Assembly: GCA_035994985.1 (NCBI GenBank)
Contig: DASYKZ010000007.1
Coordinates: 15,601-79,600 of the forward strand
DNA length: 64,000 nucleotides
Source of the DNA: Minisyncoccota bacterium
GTDB lineage: Bacteria; Patescibacteriota; Minisyncoccia; Phycocordibacterales; UBA9973
Direction: 5' to 3'
The notes under the pieces are model-generated. The model had not been told where the DNA came from. It was given only the letters and a program-made list of their open reading frames with translations, and did no database searches. The translations under genes and the position numbers were made by a program. The stretch's first letter is position 1. Each line of letters opens with the position of its first letter. Below are positions 18,805-28,363 of this stretch, piece after piece.

Positions 18805-19269
18805 TTAATATGTAAACTCTACCCTATCCCCCTCTTTTATATTATTTTTGTCGCTAAAGCCGGACACGACTTCAAGGACATATTTGGCATCTCTCTCGGG
18901 GCTATATGCTTCCGGATATAATTCCGGACGGGCATCTCTTTTTATATACACCACGCGCAAATCTTCGCCGAGCCAAATCATATCTATCGGAAAATTCATA
19001 TCCTTCATCCAAAAAACATAGGTGGCGGGCTTTTCGAAAATAAATAGCATGCCTTCGTCTTCTTTTAGGGAAATTCTCCCAGACAAGCCCTGCTCTTGCT
19101 GCTCTGGGGTAATGGCAAGGTCAACCATGATTTGTGTATTGCCTACCTGCACTATATTTATATTTGCCGGTCGATGTATTTGAGAACCACGCCAAGTCAA
19201 TGAAAATACAACTAGAAGAAAAACAATTACTACGGTAAAACTAGAAGCAAGATTTTTTTTATTTTTCAT
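18805..19269 (-). CDS. DUF192-family protein
   Basis: QGLSGR...GMLFIF...FWMKDMNFPIDMIW...YVLEV motifs; N-terminal TM. Confidence 0.9.
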   Translation of the reverse strand: MKNKKNLASSFTVVIVFLLVVFSLTWRGSQIHRPANINIVQVGNTQIMVDLAITPEQQEQGLSGRISLKEDEGMLFIFEKPATYVFWMKDMNFPIDMIWLGEDLRVVYIKRDARPELYPEAYSPERDAKYVLEVVSGFSDKNNIKEGDRVEFTY

Positions 19270-19298
19270 TTTACTTTATATTTTCTGTTTTTAATTAC

Positions 19299-20705
19299 TT
19301 ATGGTCGCTCGCCATTGGTCCAGCCAAAAAGCTTGCCTATGGCATCTGCAGTTTCCCGCTTGCGGACGATTTTTATCGTTCCGTCTTGGGCAACGATTTT
19401 CATCGGAGCTGAAAGCAGGCAGTGGTGCGAGGCAAGTCCGTCTTGATATGCTCCGGTGTCCAATATAGCTACAAGCTGCTCCTTATCTTCATGAAGTTTT
19501 GGCATCAAAATATAATTGCCACCGGCAGTATATTTGTCGTCCGAATCACAAGTGCTACCAGCAAGCCATGTAGTCTTTAAAGGACTCATCATGTTGTTTG
19601 CCGGTATGGTGTGAAATTTTTGTTTGATAGCCCACGTGTCTTTTATATCGTTCATAAAGCTGCCATCAACAATATACCAGGATTTAGCATTTGCTTTCGG
19701 GATAGATTTTTCAGACAGGACTGTGTACAGAGTCACTTGCGCCGGAGCGACAATATACTGTCCCCACTCTACCACCAAGTTTGGATGCCTGATTCCCGCC
19801 TTGTCCGACAAGTTCTTCAGCATTTTGATGAGCTTGCTGGAAACGCCCTTGGCGGTATAAAACTTTTTCTTTTCATATGGAATGCCGAACCCTCCGCCGA
19901 TGTCCAAGGTGTCCAAGCTTGGATGTGTCTGCTGCAGTTCTTTGTAGATAGCAAAGGCATGCTTTACGCCGTCAAAAATACTTTTCTGGGTCTTTATCTG
20001 AGAGCCCATGTGGTAATGCATGATTTTGAGATTTTTCATCTTGCTCAAATCAAGGGCGTCTTTTTCCGAAAGGCCAAAACGGTCAAACTTTTTATCCCAA
20101 TGCGAATCCGCTTTGACGTTCAGGTCTATCCGCACGCCAATGTCGCCCTTGTATTTGGAAAGCCGGTCTACTTCATCGAGCGACTCCAAAATAGGCACTA
20201 TATTCATACCCTTGCCCCGCAATTCCTCTATCAAGTCTAAATACTGCTCTGTCTTCGGCCCGTTGCAAAGCACGCGGATCTTGCTGTTGAACTTTTCGCC
20301 TTCCCAAAGTTTTTTGACGAGCCAAAGCTCATTGGCAGACGTGGCCTCCAAATTTGCTCCTTCGGAAATGAGGGAAAGGATAAACTCTCTGTTCTGGTTT
20401 ACTTTCATCGGATAATGATAGAAAAACTTGCCTTTGTAGCCGTAAATTTTTATATAGGCTTGGAAATAGCCTATCAGGTCTTTCAGCCGGTCTTCTATAA
20501 TAAACGGGAAAACTACCTGCAGGGGCGTACCGTATTTTTTAGCGAGGTTTTTTAGGTTGTAAATATGGTGCCCTTCCTTGGCCAAGAGCTCGCCGGCTTT
20601 GCTCACGTCGAAAAACTGAGTGTTGAATTCCTCAGCTCCGAGTTTCCAAAATTTCCTCCAGTTCTTGCCCGCTTTTTTTGATTTTTTTATTTTTTTCGCT
20701 TTCAT
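19299..20705 (-). CDS. speA: PLP-dependent arginine decarboxylase-like enzyme (Orn/DAP/Arg decarboxylase family 2)
   Basis: YPMKVNQ (PLP lysine), CNGPK, HYHMGSQ, DIGGG, TCDSD, GAYQD. Confidence 0.75.
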   Translation of the reverse strand: MKAKKIKKSKKAGKNWRKFWKLGAEEFNTQFFDVSKAGELLAKEGHHIYNLKNLAKKYGTPLQVVFPFIIEDRLKDLIGYFQAYIKIYGYKGKFFYHYPMKVNQNREFILSLISEGANLEATSANELWLVKKLWEGEKFNSKIRVLCNGPKTEQYLDLIEELRGKGMNIVPILESLDEVDRLSKYKGDIGVRIDLNVKADSHWDKKFDRFGLSEKDALDLSKMKNLKIMHYHMGSQIKTQKSIFDGVKHAFAIYKELQQTHPSLDTLDIGGGFGIPYEKKKFYTAKGVSSKLIKMLKNLSDKAGIRHPNLVVEWGQYIVAPAQVTLYTVLSEKSIPKANAKSWYIVDGSFMNDIKDTWAIKQKFHTIPANNMMSPLKTTWLAGSTCDSDDKYTAGGNYILMPKLHEDKEQLVAILDTGAYQDGLASHHCLLSAPMKIVAQDGTIKIVRKRETADAIGKLFGWTNGERP

Positions 20706-20761
20706 TTCCTTTGCATTGTAATGAAGACAAGTATATCAATCACGCCCAAAATGTAAAGTAT

Positions 20762-22104
20762 TTAGCCCAGATATTCTTTTAAAAACTCTTCTTTGTATTC
20801 AAAAAATTTATCGTCCAGAATTGATTGCCGGATTTTTTTAACTAAGTTAACGATGAAATATAAATTATGTATTGTAGCGAGCGTACCAGCGAGCATTTCT
20901 TTGCCGTGGAATAAATGTGCGACGTAGGCACGAGTATACCCCGAACGAGAGCCTTCGGCTCCGGACGGGGCAGGATTTTTACAAACATAACACTCACACC
21001 CCTCATCAATTGGGCCGAAATCATTTCTGTATTTTGTATTGGTTATATTTATTTTTCCGCCTTTCGTATACAGTGAGCCATTCCTCGCATTCCGAGTCGG
21101 AGCCACACAGTCAAACAGGTCTACTCCGTTTTCTATGCCCATAAACAAATCTTCCGGCTCCCCTATGCCGAGCAAGTGCCGAGGCTTTTCCTCCGGCAGG
21201 ATTTCATTTACCCATTTTACCGCCGTAGACATGTCCTCCTTCGCAAAGCTTCCGCCAATTCCAAAACCATCGAACCCGCCCCGACTACCATCGGTTCGGG
21301 CAAGTTCCAACTCGGCCATAAATTTTGCAGACTTCTTTCGTAGTCTTTCTTCCCGGCCGCCCTGCACGATGCCAAAAAGCGCTTGAGGAAAATCTAAAGA
21401 AGTTCCTTCTTTGACTTTCGCATCCAAAGCTCGGTCAGCCGTTTTCAAGACAGAATGCGAGTCGTGAGAAGGAATTTCCTTTAGATTTTCTAATTTCTGA
21501 TGTTCTTCTAAACTTCTCTCTGCCCAGCGGTGTGTGCGTTCAAGAGCTTCTTCTTGGTATTTCAAATCTTCCGTCGGGCTCGTACATTCGTCAAAAGCAA
21601 AGATAATATCCGCGCCCAAGTTGTGCTGGATTTGGATGGATTTTTCAGGAGTAATATAATGCACAGAACCGTCCAAATGTGATTTGAAAGAAACTCCGTC
21701 TTGGCCTATTTTTGCCAGACGCGGCGCATTAGAATCGTCAAAACGATCGGGTATTAAAAGTGATGGATCAGTAATTTTCGTAACCTTTGAAATTTCCTTA
21801 CCATAGGCAGCACCCAGGGAAAACACCTGAAAGCCGCCCGAGTCTGTAATCATGGGACCATGAATTTATGCAGGCCCCCAGCATCGCGAATTGTTTCATC
21901 GCCAGGCTGTAAATATAAATGGTATGTATTTGCTAATATTACTTCCGCGCCAAGCTCACTTACCTGTTCGGGTGTTAAAGCCTTTACAGTTGCTTTCGTG
22001 CCGACAGGCACGAAAGCGGGAGTATATATAACTCCGTAAGGAGTTTCAAGTACTCCTGCCCTACCTAAGCTATTTTGTAATTTTTTTTCAATTTTGAAGT
22101 CCAT
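20762..22104 (-). pseudogene. tgt: Queuine tRNA-ribosyltransferase split by a frameshift (ORFs 21850-22104 and 20762-21853)
   Basis: N-part TPAFVPVGT...ANTYHL...GGLHKFM; C-part TDSGGFQ, GIVQGG, DLFDCV, CECYVC, TIHN; the expected NWxG-type residues are missing at the junction. Confidence 0.85.
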
Positions 22105-22123
22105 TTTATAAATGTGGATAACT

Positions 22124-22218
22124 TTGACTTTTATATCAAAATTTGCTATATTTAAAGTGATCGAAAGATCACAAACTTTACTGCTTAGGGGCTCCGCAAG
22201 GAGTCCCTTTGGCTTTTT
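22124..22218 (+). ncRNA. Candidate small RNA (promoter plus two GNRA hairpins) convergent with the NYN gene
   Basis: TTGACT, 17 bp, TGcTATATT promoter; GTGATC-GAAA-GATCAC; AGGGGCTCC-GCAA-GGAGTCCCT followed by a U-rich tail. Confidence 0.5.
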
Positions 22219-22221
22219 ATA

Positions 22222-22983
22222 TTATAGGGCCTTTATTTTATCCTTTATACTTTGAGATAAGTCTCTTGGCCAGCAAATAAACTCCTTAATCTTTTTAATA
22301 TCAAACACAAAGGTTCCCGTTTCATCTAATTCAGTAGAGACTTTACCGGAAGTTGCAAAAATTACTGCATTTTTCCCATCACTTCTTATCTGATTTACGG
22401 GACCCGCGAAATCACTATCTACACTCCATAATATGTAGTTATTGATTCCATCATTGTCAAAATCTCTGAGCATATCTCTACCCATTTCAACATCAAAATT
22501 ACACTTTTGTTCTTCTATCTCAAAAATTCCTTGCTTATTAAAGATCTCTAGTTTTCCATTTAGATATTCTATAGTTTCTATAGCTAGCTTTGATAAAAGA
22601 CTTTTCTTTATAAAATTTTTCAATATACTTGGAGAATTTTTAGGAATACTGGACATATCAATAGGTATCCTCATTAATTTTACTGGTTTAGTAGTAACAC
22701 TATAACCCATAGCTTCCAACTCTGGAATACAATCTTCAGATTGTTGATTACCTTCTAAGGTTCCAGTGTAAATTTTAACAGAATTTATTGTATCAAAAGA
22801 ATCAAATAACTGTTTCATTCTTTTTAAATCTATGTTCCACTTTAGTTTGTCTTGCCAATGTATGACATTAGACCAATCAATATAAATGTTTGTAGGACCA
22901 TCAAAAATTTTCTCCAAATCTGATATAACTTTGGGAAATAATTTTGCTAACTTTTCAATTCTGTCTGTTTTTGGTATAAACAT
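22222..22983 (-). CDS. NYN-domain (LabA/DUF88-like) nuclease
   Basis: IYIDWSNV, KCNFDVEM and LWSVDSDF acidic PIN-like motifs. Confidence 0.85.
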   Translation of the reverse strand: MFIPKTDRIEKLAKLFPKVISDLEKIFDGPTNIYIDWSNVIHWQDKLKWNIDLKRMKQLFDSFDTINSVKIYTGTLEGNQQSEDCIPELEAMGYSVTTKPVKLMRIPIDMSSIPKNSPSILKNFIKKSLLSKLAIETIEYLNGKLEIFNKQGIFEIEEQKCNFDVEMGRDMLRDFDNDGINNYILWSVDSDFAGPVNQIRSDGKNAVIFATSGKVSTELDETGTFVFDIKKIKEFICWPRDLSQSIKDKIKAL

Positions 22984-22986
22984 AAA

Positions 22987-23568
22987 TTATTCTTTCGTCT
23001 CATTAATTTCTTCTACTAAAACTTCTTCTTTGCAGTATTTTTCTGAAAACTCCTTTAATTCAGTTTTAATGTCTTTGAGTTCACCATCCATTATTGCTTC
23101 CGTAGTTTCTGGAGTTTTAGGGATAAGTAATTTCACCCTCCTAAATTCAAATGTATGGTAAGAATTATTTACATTTATATCTTCCTCATTTACTACATTA
23201 GTCTTTCCTTGATTGTTATTAAACGTTTTTACCATCTTTTTTGTACGTGTAACAATTTTTGGAGACCAGTTTGCCATTTTTGCTGCATCTGACCCATACT
23301 TCTCGTATTCATTGATAACTTTTATTACTCGAGATTTATAAGTAGCCAAAGAACCGGCACTAAATTTCCCTTTTGCAAAAATGCTGTTTGAAATTTGTCC
23401 AATATTTTTCTTAACTTCATTTATAGACTTAACTTCTTCCTCATTTAATTCTTCCTCAAATAACTTCAGGGCTGTCTTAAGAGCAGACCCTGTATTTTCA
23501 GGGTATTTGCGACTCTTTACAGCCCTGTTAATAAAATCATATAAATTTTTAAAATTTTGTTTTTCCAT
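22987..23568 (-). CDS. Hypothetical protein co-transcribed with the NYN gene
   Basis: 193 aa, AT-rich, 3 bp upstream of NYN. Confidence 0.7.
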   Translation of the reverse strand: MEKQNFKNLYDFINRAVKSRKYPENTGSALKTALKLFEEELNEEEVKSINEVKKNIGQISNSIFAKGKFSAGSLATYKSRVIKVINEYEKYGSDAAKMANWSPKIVTRTKKMVKTFNNNQGKTNVVNEEDINVNNSYHTFEFRRVKLLIPKTPETTEAIMDGELKDIKTELKEFSEKYCKEEVLVEEINETKE

Positions 23569-23837
23569 AGTTTTATTTTTATAATTACTAATGAATATAT
23601 TCTATTATAGCTCAATATAGAAGTCAAGAGTAGTTATAAATTGATGCTGTGGAAAACTTTATAATATCTTTATAAATAAGGGTATTTATGTCAGATTTGA
23701 TTTCAAGAAAATGTTCGTTAACGTTTCAATAAATTATTAATTTATTGAAAAATATCTACTCTCTCTGTAAACATCTTTTCTTTGGCTTATATTTTATAAT
23801 ATATAATAGTTATGAGCTATATGTTTAGAGGATAGTT

Positions 23838-24644
23838 TTAGTTTGCCACTTCCACAAATTTAAGTTGCTGGATATTTACCGGAGAAACAAGCAGGGCTTT
23901 CTGCGAAGAGTCGCGAGGGTCAGAAATTACCGTTTCCACTACTCCTATGACATACGGAGTAATGCCGGGCAGCACTGCCTGGTCCCCTTTCCACAACACC
24001 AAATCTCTCGGCACTATCATTTCAAAATTTCCCCCGCCCCTGCCTGCAACTTCTGTAAAAATATTGCCGGCCTGTCCCGCTTGCGGAGAAAGCACTACCT
24101 CTGTAGCTTCCCCACTATTGGAAAATAAAATTACTTTTGAAGATTTTGGGTATGCTTCGGCTATCCGGCCAATGGGTAGATTGCCAAAAGCAAACACTCT
24201 GTCGCCCATTTTTATCCCTTTGTCTACTCCGATGTCAATCAATAAAGTATCGTAAGGGCTTTGGTTTGGCTTTGCCAATATCGCGCCCAATGTCATTTTT
24301 ACCTGCTCATTCTTGCGGCCTAAAATTTCCTTCAGGCCCGCATTCTCTGCTACGACAGAAGCATAATTTGCCCTGTCGGCGCTGTCGGCATCCCTCTCAG
24401 ATTTCAAGTCAGCATTTTCCTTAGAAAGAGAGCTTTTAAAAGAAAAGTAACTGGCGAAACTTGTGAGTTTTCTGCCGGCACCATTTCCGGAACTAAGTAC
24501 AGGACGGAAAACTGCCGTACTGACATAGCCGAGCCCGCTAAAAACTCCAGCGCGGAAATAAAATAATATGATAAAAACCAGGACGGCACCGATGATTTTT
24601 AAATTCTTGTTCCTTTTATTTTTTTTATCGAGGAGGTAATTCAT
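23838..24644 (-). CDS. mreC: Rod shape-determining protein MreC
   Basis: TM plus coiled coil (ENAGLKEILG), PYDTLLIDIG..GIK.GD; downstream of mreB; start uncertain. Confidence 0.85.
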   Translation of the reverse strand: MNYLLDKKNKRNKNLKIIGAVLVFIILFYFRAGVFSGLGYVSTAVFRPVLSSGNGAGRKLTSFASYFSFKSSLSKENADLKSERDADSADRANYASVVAENAGLKEILGRKNEQVKMTLGAILAKPNQSPYDTLLIDIGVDKGIKMGDRVFAFGNLPIGRIAEAYPKSSKVILFSNSGEATEVVLSPQAGQAGNIFTEVAGRGGGNFEMIVPRDLVLWKGDQAVLPGITPYVIGVVETVISDPRDSSQKALLVSPVNIQQLKFVEVAN

Positions 24645-25671
24645 TTTGATTACCAATCAAAACTTCTTTATAAAAATCCAGGTTGTCCAATATTACTCCG
24701 GTCCCCCGCGCCACTGCTGAAAGCGGGTCTTCAACGACGTAGACCGGAATCTTCAGAATTTTCTGCAGATATTGGTCGAGTCCGGGTATCAAGGCGCCGC
24801 CGCCGGAGAGCGTAATGCCTGTATGCATTATGTCGGACAAGATTTCAGGAGGCGTACTTTCGAGCATATCTTTCACGCCCTCTATCAGCTCTCTCACAGA
24901 CAATGAAAGCGCTTCGCGGATATCCGCATCGGTCACTACCACGGCCCTGGGCAGCCCCGTCAAAAGATCGCGGCCATGGACCTGGGACTCCATATACACG
25001 CCGGGAGCGACAGAGCCGATGGCGATTTTGACCATCTCCGCAGTCCGCTCTCCGATTAATATTTTAAATTCGTCGCGCATGTAGGTGATGATGTCATTGT
25101 TTAGCCTGTCTCCGGCAATTTTTAAGTTTTTTGATTTAACGATTCCGCCGAGCGAGATGACGGCAATGTCCGTAGTGCCGCCGCCGATATCTATGACCAT
25201 AGAACCGACAGGGTCCTTGATGGGAAGCCTGGTGCCGATAGCCGCGGCCATGGGCTCTTCCACTAAGAAAACTTCCCGTGCGCCAGCGGAATGCGCTGCG
25301 TCGTACACAGCGCGCGATTCCACATTTGTCGTACCGGACGGTATGCCGATGACCACTCTCGGCCTGGCTAATTTCTTGGAGATTTTATTCGCTTTATTTA
25401 TAAGATATGAAAGCATCTCTTCAGTGACTTCGAAATCTGAAATAACGCCGTCCACCAGGGGGCGGATGGCTTTTATATGCCCCGGAGTCCGCCCGAGCAT
25501 TTCTTTGGCTTTTATGCCGACGGCGAGGATTTGGTTTGTCTTGATGTTTACCGCCACCACCGAAGGCTCGTTGATGACGATGCCATGCCCTTTCAAATAT
25601 ACCAAGGTGTTTGAAGTACCCAAGTCTATGCCGATGTCATTTGAAATTAATTTGTAAATTTTGTCGAACAT
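24625..25671 (-). CDS. mreB: Rod shape-determining protein MreB
   Basis: GIDLGTSNT, EEPMAAAIG, DIGGGTTD, GGGAL. Confidence 0.97.
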   Translation of the reverse strand: MFDKIYKLISNDIGIDLGTSNTLVYLKGHGIVINEPSVVAVNIKTNQILAVGIKAKEMLGRTPGHIKAIRPLVDGVISDFEVTEEMLSYLINKANKISKKLARPRVVIGIPSGTTNVESRAVYDAAHSAGAREVFLVEEPMAAAIGTRLPIKDPVGSMVIDIGGGTTDIAVISLGGIVKSKNLKIAGDRLNNDIITYMRDEFKILIGERTAEMVKIAIGSVAPGVYMESQVHGRDLLTGLPRAVVVTDADIREALSLSVRELIEGVKDMLESTPPEILSDIMHTGITLSGGGALIPGLDQYLQKILKIPVYVVEDPLSAVARGTGVILDNLDFYKEVLIGNQNELPPR

Positions 25672-25673
25672 TT

Positions 25674-26924
25674 TTAAATAGGCTTTAGTAATTCTAATAA
25701 TTCATCGATAGAAACAATTTTACCTTTCTCCTCTGTCCTCTTTTTTAATTCTATACCGTTTTCCTTGATACTTCTTTGGGAGACAACAGCGCGCAGAGGC
25801 ATGCCAAGCAGGTCAGCATCAGCAAATTTTTCTCCGGCAGACATTCCTACCCGGTCATCAAATAAAACTTCTATATTGTTTTTTGCCAAAGTTTCATAAA
25901 TTTTATCCGCTTCTTTTAATACTGCCTCATCTTCGCCGAGCGAAAGCAAGTGTACGGCATACGGAGCAATGGATTCCGGCCAGATGATGCCTTGGTCGTT
26001 GGCGAGAGTTTCTACCACAGTGCCCATAAGCCTCGTCGTGCCTATGCCATAACATCCGACAATCGGAGTTTGCTGTTCGCCGTTTTGGTCAGCATACGTA
26101 TACTCAAAACTTTTTGGATATTTTTGGCCCAAATCAAATACATTGCCCACTTCGGAGGCCCGTCCTTTTTTCAATTTTCCTTTGCCGCATTTAGGGCAAT
26201 CATTACCCTCAGGCACTTTTGAAACTTCTACATTGGCGCAATGCGTGCATTCTTCACAGTACAAAATATCGTCTTCCCCGGCACTGGTCAGCACCATAAA
26301 CTCATAAGATAGTTTCTCGGAAAAACTGCCGCCGGAAGCTTCAGTGACTTTTGCATCAAGTCCGGCTCGTTTAAAAATTTTCAGATACGCTTTCTTGGCA
26401 GTTTCGTAAAAAGTATCAAAGTCTTCCTGGGTAGTGTGGAAACTGTACATGTCTTTCATGCCAAATTCCCGTCCGCGCATGATTCCGCTCTTTGCTCGAA
26501 GTTCATCGCGATATTTTTGCCCGATTTGATACACAGCGACAGGCAAATCTTTGTACGAATTTGCGTACTCTTGCACAATCGGAGTGACAATTTCTTCTTC
26601 GGATTGTCCGAGGGCATATTCCTTTTCTGTACGGCTTTGCAGTTTAAAAAGTACGTCTACATTGTCCCAGCCGCCTGTCTTTTTCCAATTCTCGCTCGGA
26701 TGCAAAGTCGCCATTTGTATTTCCTGTCCGCCGATAGCATTCATTTCTTCCCGGATGATATTTTCAATTTTATTTAGTACGCGCAACCCTAAAGGCAAAT
26801 ATGAGTATACCCCCGCCATTTCCTTGTGGACAAAGCCGCCGCGGATAAGAAGCTGGGCGTTTTTTGACACTTCGTCAGTCGGAGCTTCTTTGCGGGTTTT
26901 AGTGAAAAGCTTAGATTGTCTCAT
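25674..26924 (-). CDS. proS: Proline--tRNA ligase (short form without editing domain)
   Basis: MRQSKLF, KYRDELR, MKDMYSF, GCYGIG, GEKFADADL. Confidence 0.95.
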   Translation of the reverse strand: MRQSKLFTKTRKEAPTDEVSKNAQLLIRGGFVHKEMAGVYSYLPLGLRVLNKIENIIREEMNAIGGQEIQMATLHPSENWKKTGGWDNVDVLFKLQSRTEKEYALGQSEEEIVTPIVQEYANSYKDLPVAVYQIGQKYRDELRAKSGIMRGREFGMKDMYSFHTTQEDFDTFYETAKKAYLKIFKRAGLDAKVTEASGGSFSEKLSYEFMVLTSAGEDDILYCEECTHCANVEVSKVPEGNDCPKCGKGKLKKGRASEVGNVFDLGQKYPKSFEYTYADQNGEQQTPIVGCYGIGTTRLMGTVVETLANDQGIIWPESIAPYAVHLLSLGEDEAVLKEADKIYETLAKNNIEVLFDDRVGMSAGEKFADADLLGMPLRAVVSQRSIKENGIELKKRTEEKGKIVSIDELLELLKPI

Positions 26925-26997
26925 CAGCCTATCTTACCCGAAAAAAAGCTTTTGGTCAAAGATACAAAGATTAGCTCCTGCTAGACAAAAATGTATT

Positions 26998-27444
26998 TTA
27001 TTTGGTTTCAATTAATCCAGCCAACTTGTCTTTTTTTGCTTCCAACCATTCTCGCAGACCACGTTGTGATGAGACATATCCAACTACATTCTCTATTCCA
27101 ATAGTACCATACTTCTGTGCCATCCCAGAAGTCACCAGCCAATCTAGGTGTGCTTTGTATCTCATATTTTCGCTCGCATGTGCGAGAATTTTAGTTTTAT
27201 CTTCATCTTGTAAACCCCTTAGAAATGCTTCAGCTTCTGCATTTTTCTGTTTTCTATTTTCACCCATATTATATCCCTCGTATTCCTTTTCCCACCAATT
27301 TGGTTCATCGCTTGCTTTGATTTCTTCAAGCACCAATGCTAGCTTATTTTGTAGCTCTGGTTGAGGTAATCCTTCTAGTTTCATTGCTTCTAATCCCATC
27401 TCTATGGATGTTTTAACTTTTTGTGGTATTGCTCCTTCGTCCAT
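26998..27444 (-). CDS. Hypothetical protein
   Basis: 148-aa ORF with normal coding composition. Confidence 0.6.
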   Translation of the reverse strand: MDEGAIPQKVKTSIEMGLEAMKLEGLPQPELQNKLALVLEEIKASDEPNWWEKEYEGYNMGENRKQKNAEAEAFLRGLQDEDKTKILAHASENMRYKAHLDWLVTSGMAQKYGTIGIENVVGYVSSQRGLREWLEAKKDKLAGLIETK

Positions 27445-27552
27445 AATTTTATTGGTTAAATAATAATTTTAATAATTATACTTCTTATCAATAAAAAGTC
27501 AAGTAAATCTGTGTAATTTGCAAAAAGGAGGAGTTTCTGCTAGAATAGCCAG

Positions 27553-28311
27553 ATGCAAAAAGGAGATATTGTGAAAGGAGCCGATGAAGCCATAGTGGAA
27601 CAAATGTTCAAAGCCGGGGCTCATTATGGATACTCGAAGACCCGAAGGCACCCTTCGGTCTCTTCATATATATATACCACCAAGAACAAAGGCGATATTA
27701 TCGACCTTGAAAAAACGAGTGCATTGCTCGACAAAGCGGCGAAATTTGCAGAGGATTTGGGCGCGGAGGGCAAGATAATTCTTTTCGTCGGCACAAAGCC
27801 GGAGGCAAAAACCGCCATCAAAGCCGCCGCAGAATCAGTCGGTATGCCGTATGTGGTAGAACGATGGATTGGAGGGACAATTTCAAATTTTGTAGAAATA
27901 AAAAAGAGAATCACAGAGCTAGAAACATACCAGAAAGATTCCGTCATGGGCGAGCTTGAAAAGTATACTAAAAAAGAACGCGTGATGATGGCAAAAAAGA
28001 TGGAAAAGCTTTCCAGATATTATTCCGGGCTTATCGGGCTCAAAAAAATTCCAGACGCGCTGTTTATCGTGGATGCGAAGAGCGAGCACATCGCGGCGAC
28101 GGAAGGAATAAAGTCCGGGGTAGCAGTCATTTCCCTTGTAAACTCCGACTCAGACATCAGGAACATCGACTACCCTATCGTAGCCAACGACGGAGTCATC
28201 CCCTCAATTAAATTTTTTGCTTCGGCTATAGCGGAAGCTTATAAAAAAGGCACGCTAAGAGCCCCTGCCCCGGCAAAAACTGAAGCTCCAGCCGTACCGG
28301 AGGTTCAATAA
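27553..28311 (+). CDS. rpsB: 30S ribosomal protein S2
   Basis: AGAHYG, IIDLEKT, FVGTK, RWIGGT, PIVAND. Confidence 0.96.
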   Translation: MQKGDIVKGADEAIVEQMFKAGAHYGYSKTRRHPSVSSYIYTTKNKGDIIDLEKTSALLDKAAKFAEDLGAEGKIILFVGTKPEAKTAIKAAAESVGMPYVVERWIGGTISNFVEIKKRITELETYQKDSVMGELEKYTKKERVMMAKKMEKLSRYYSGLIGLKKIPDALFIVDAKSEHIAATEGIKSGVAVISLVNSDSDIRNIDYPIVANDGVIPSIKFFASAIAEAYKKGTLRAPAPAKTEAPAVPEVQ

Positions 28312-28363
28312 ATATTAATCATTTAACTCTTCTCTAGCTTTGGCTGGAGGAGATATTACATAT

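Noticed and set aside
22113-22121. DnaA box (TGTGGATAA) suggesting an origin
   Set aside because: Single isolated box; no cluster and no dnaA nearby
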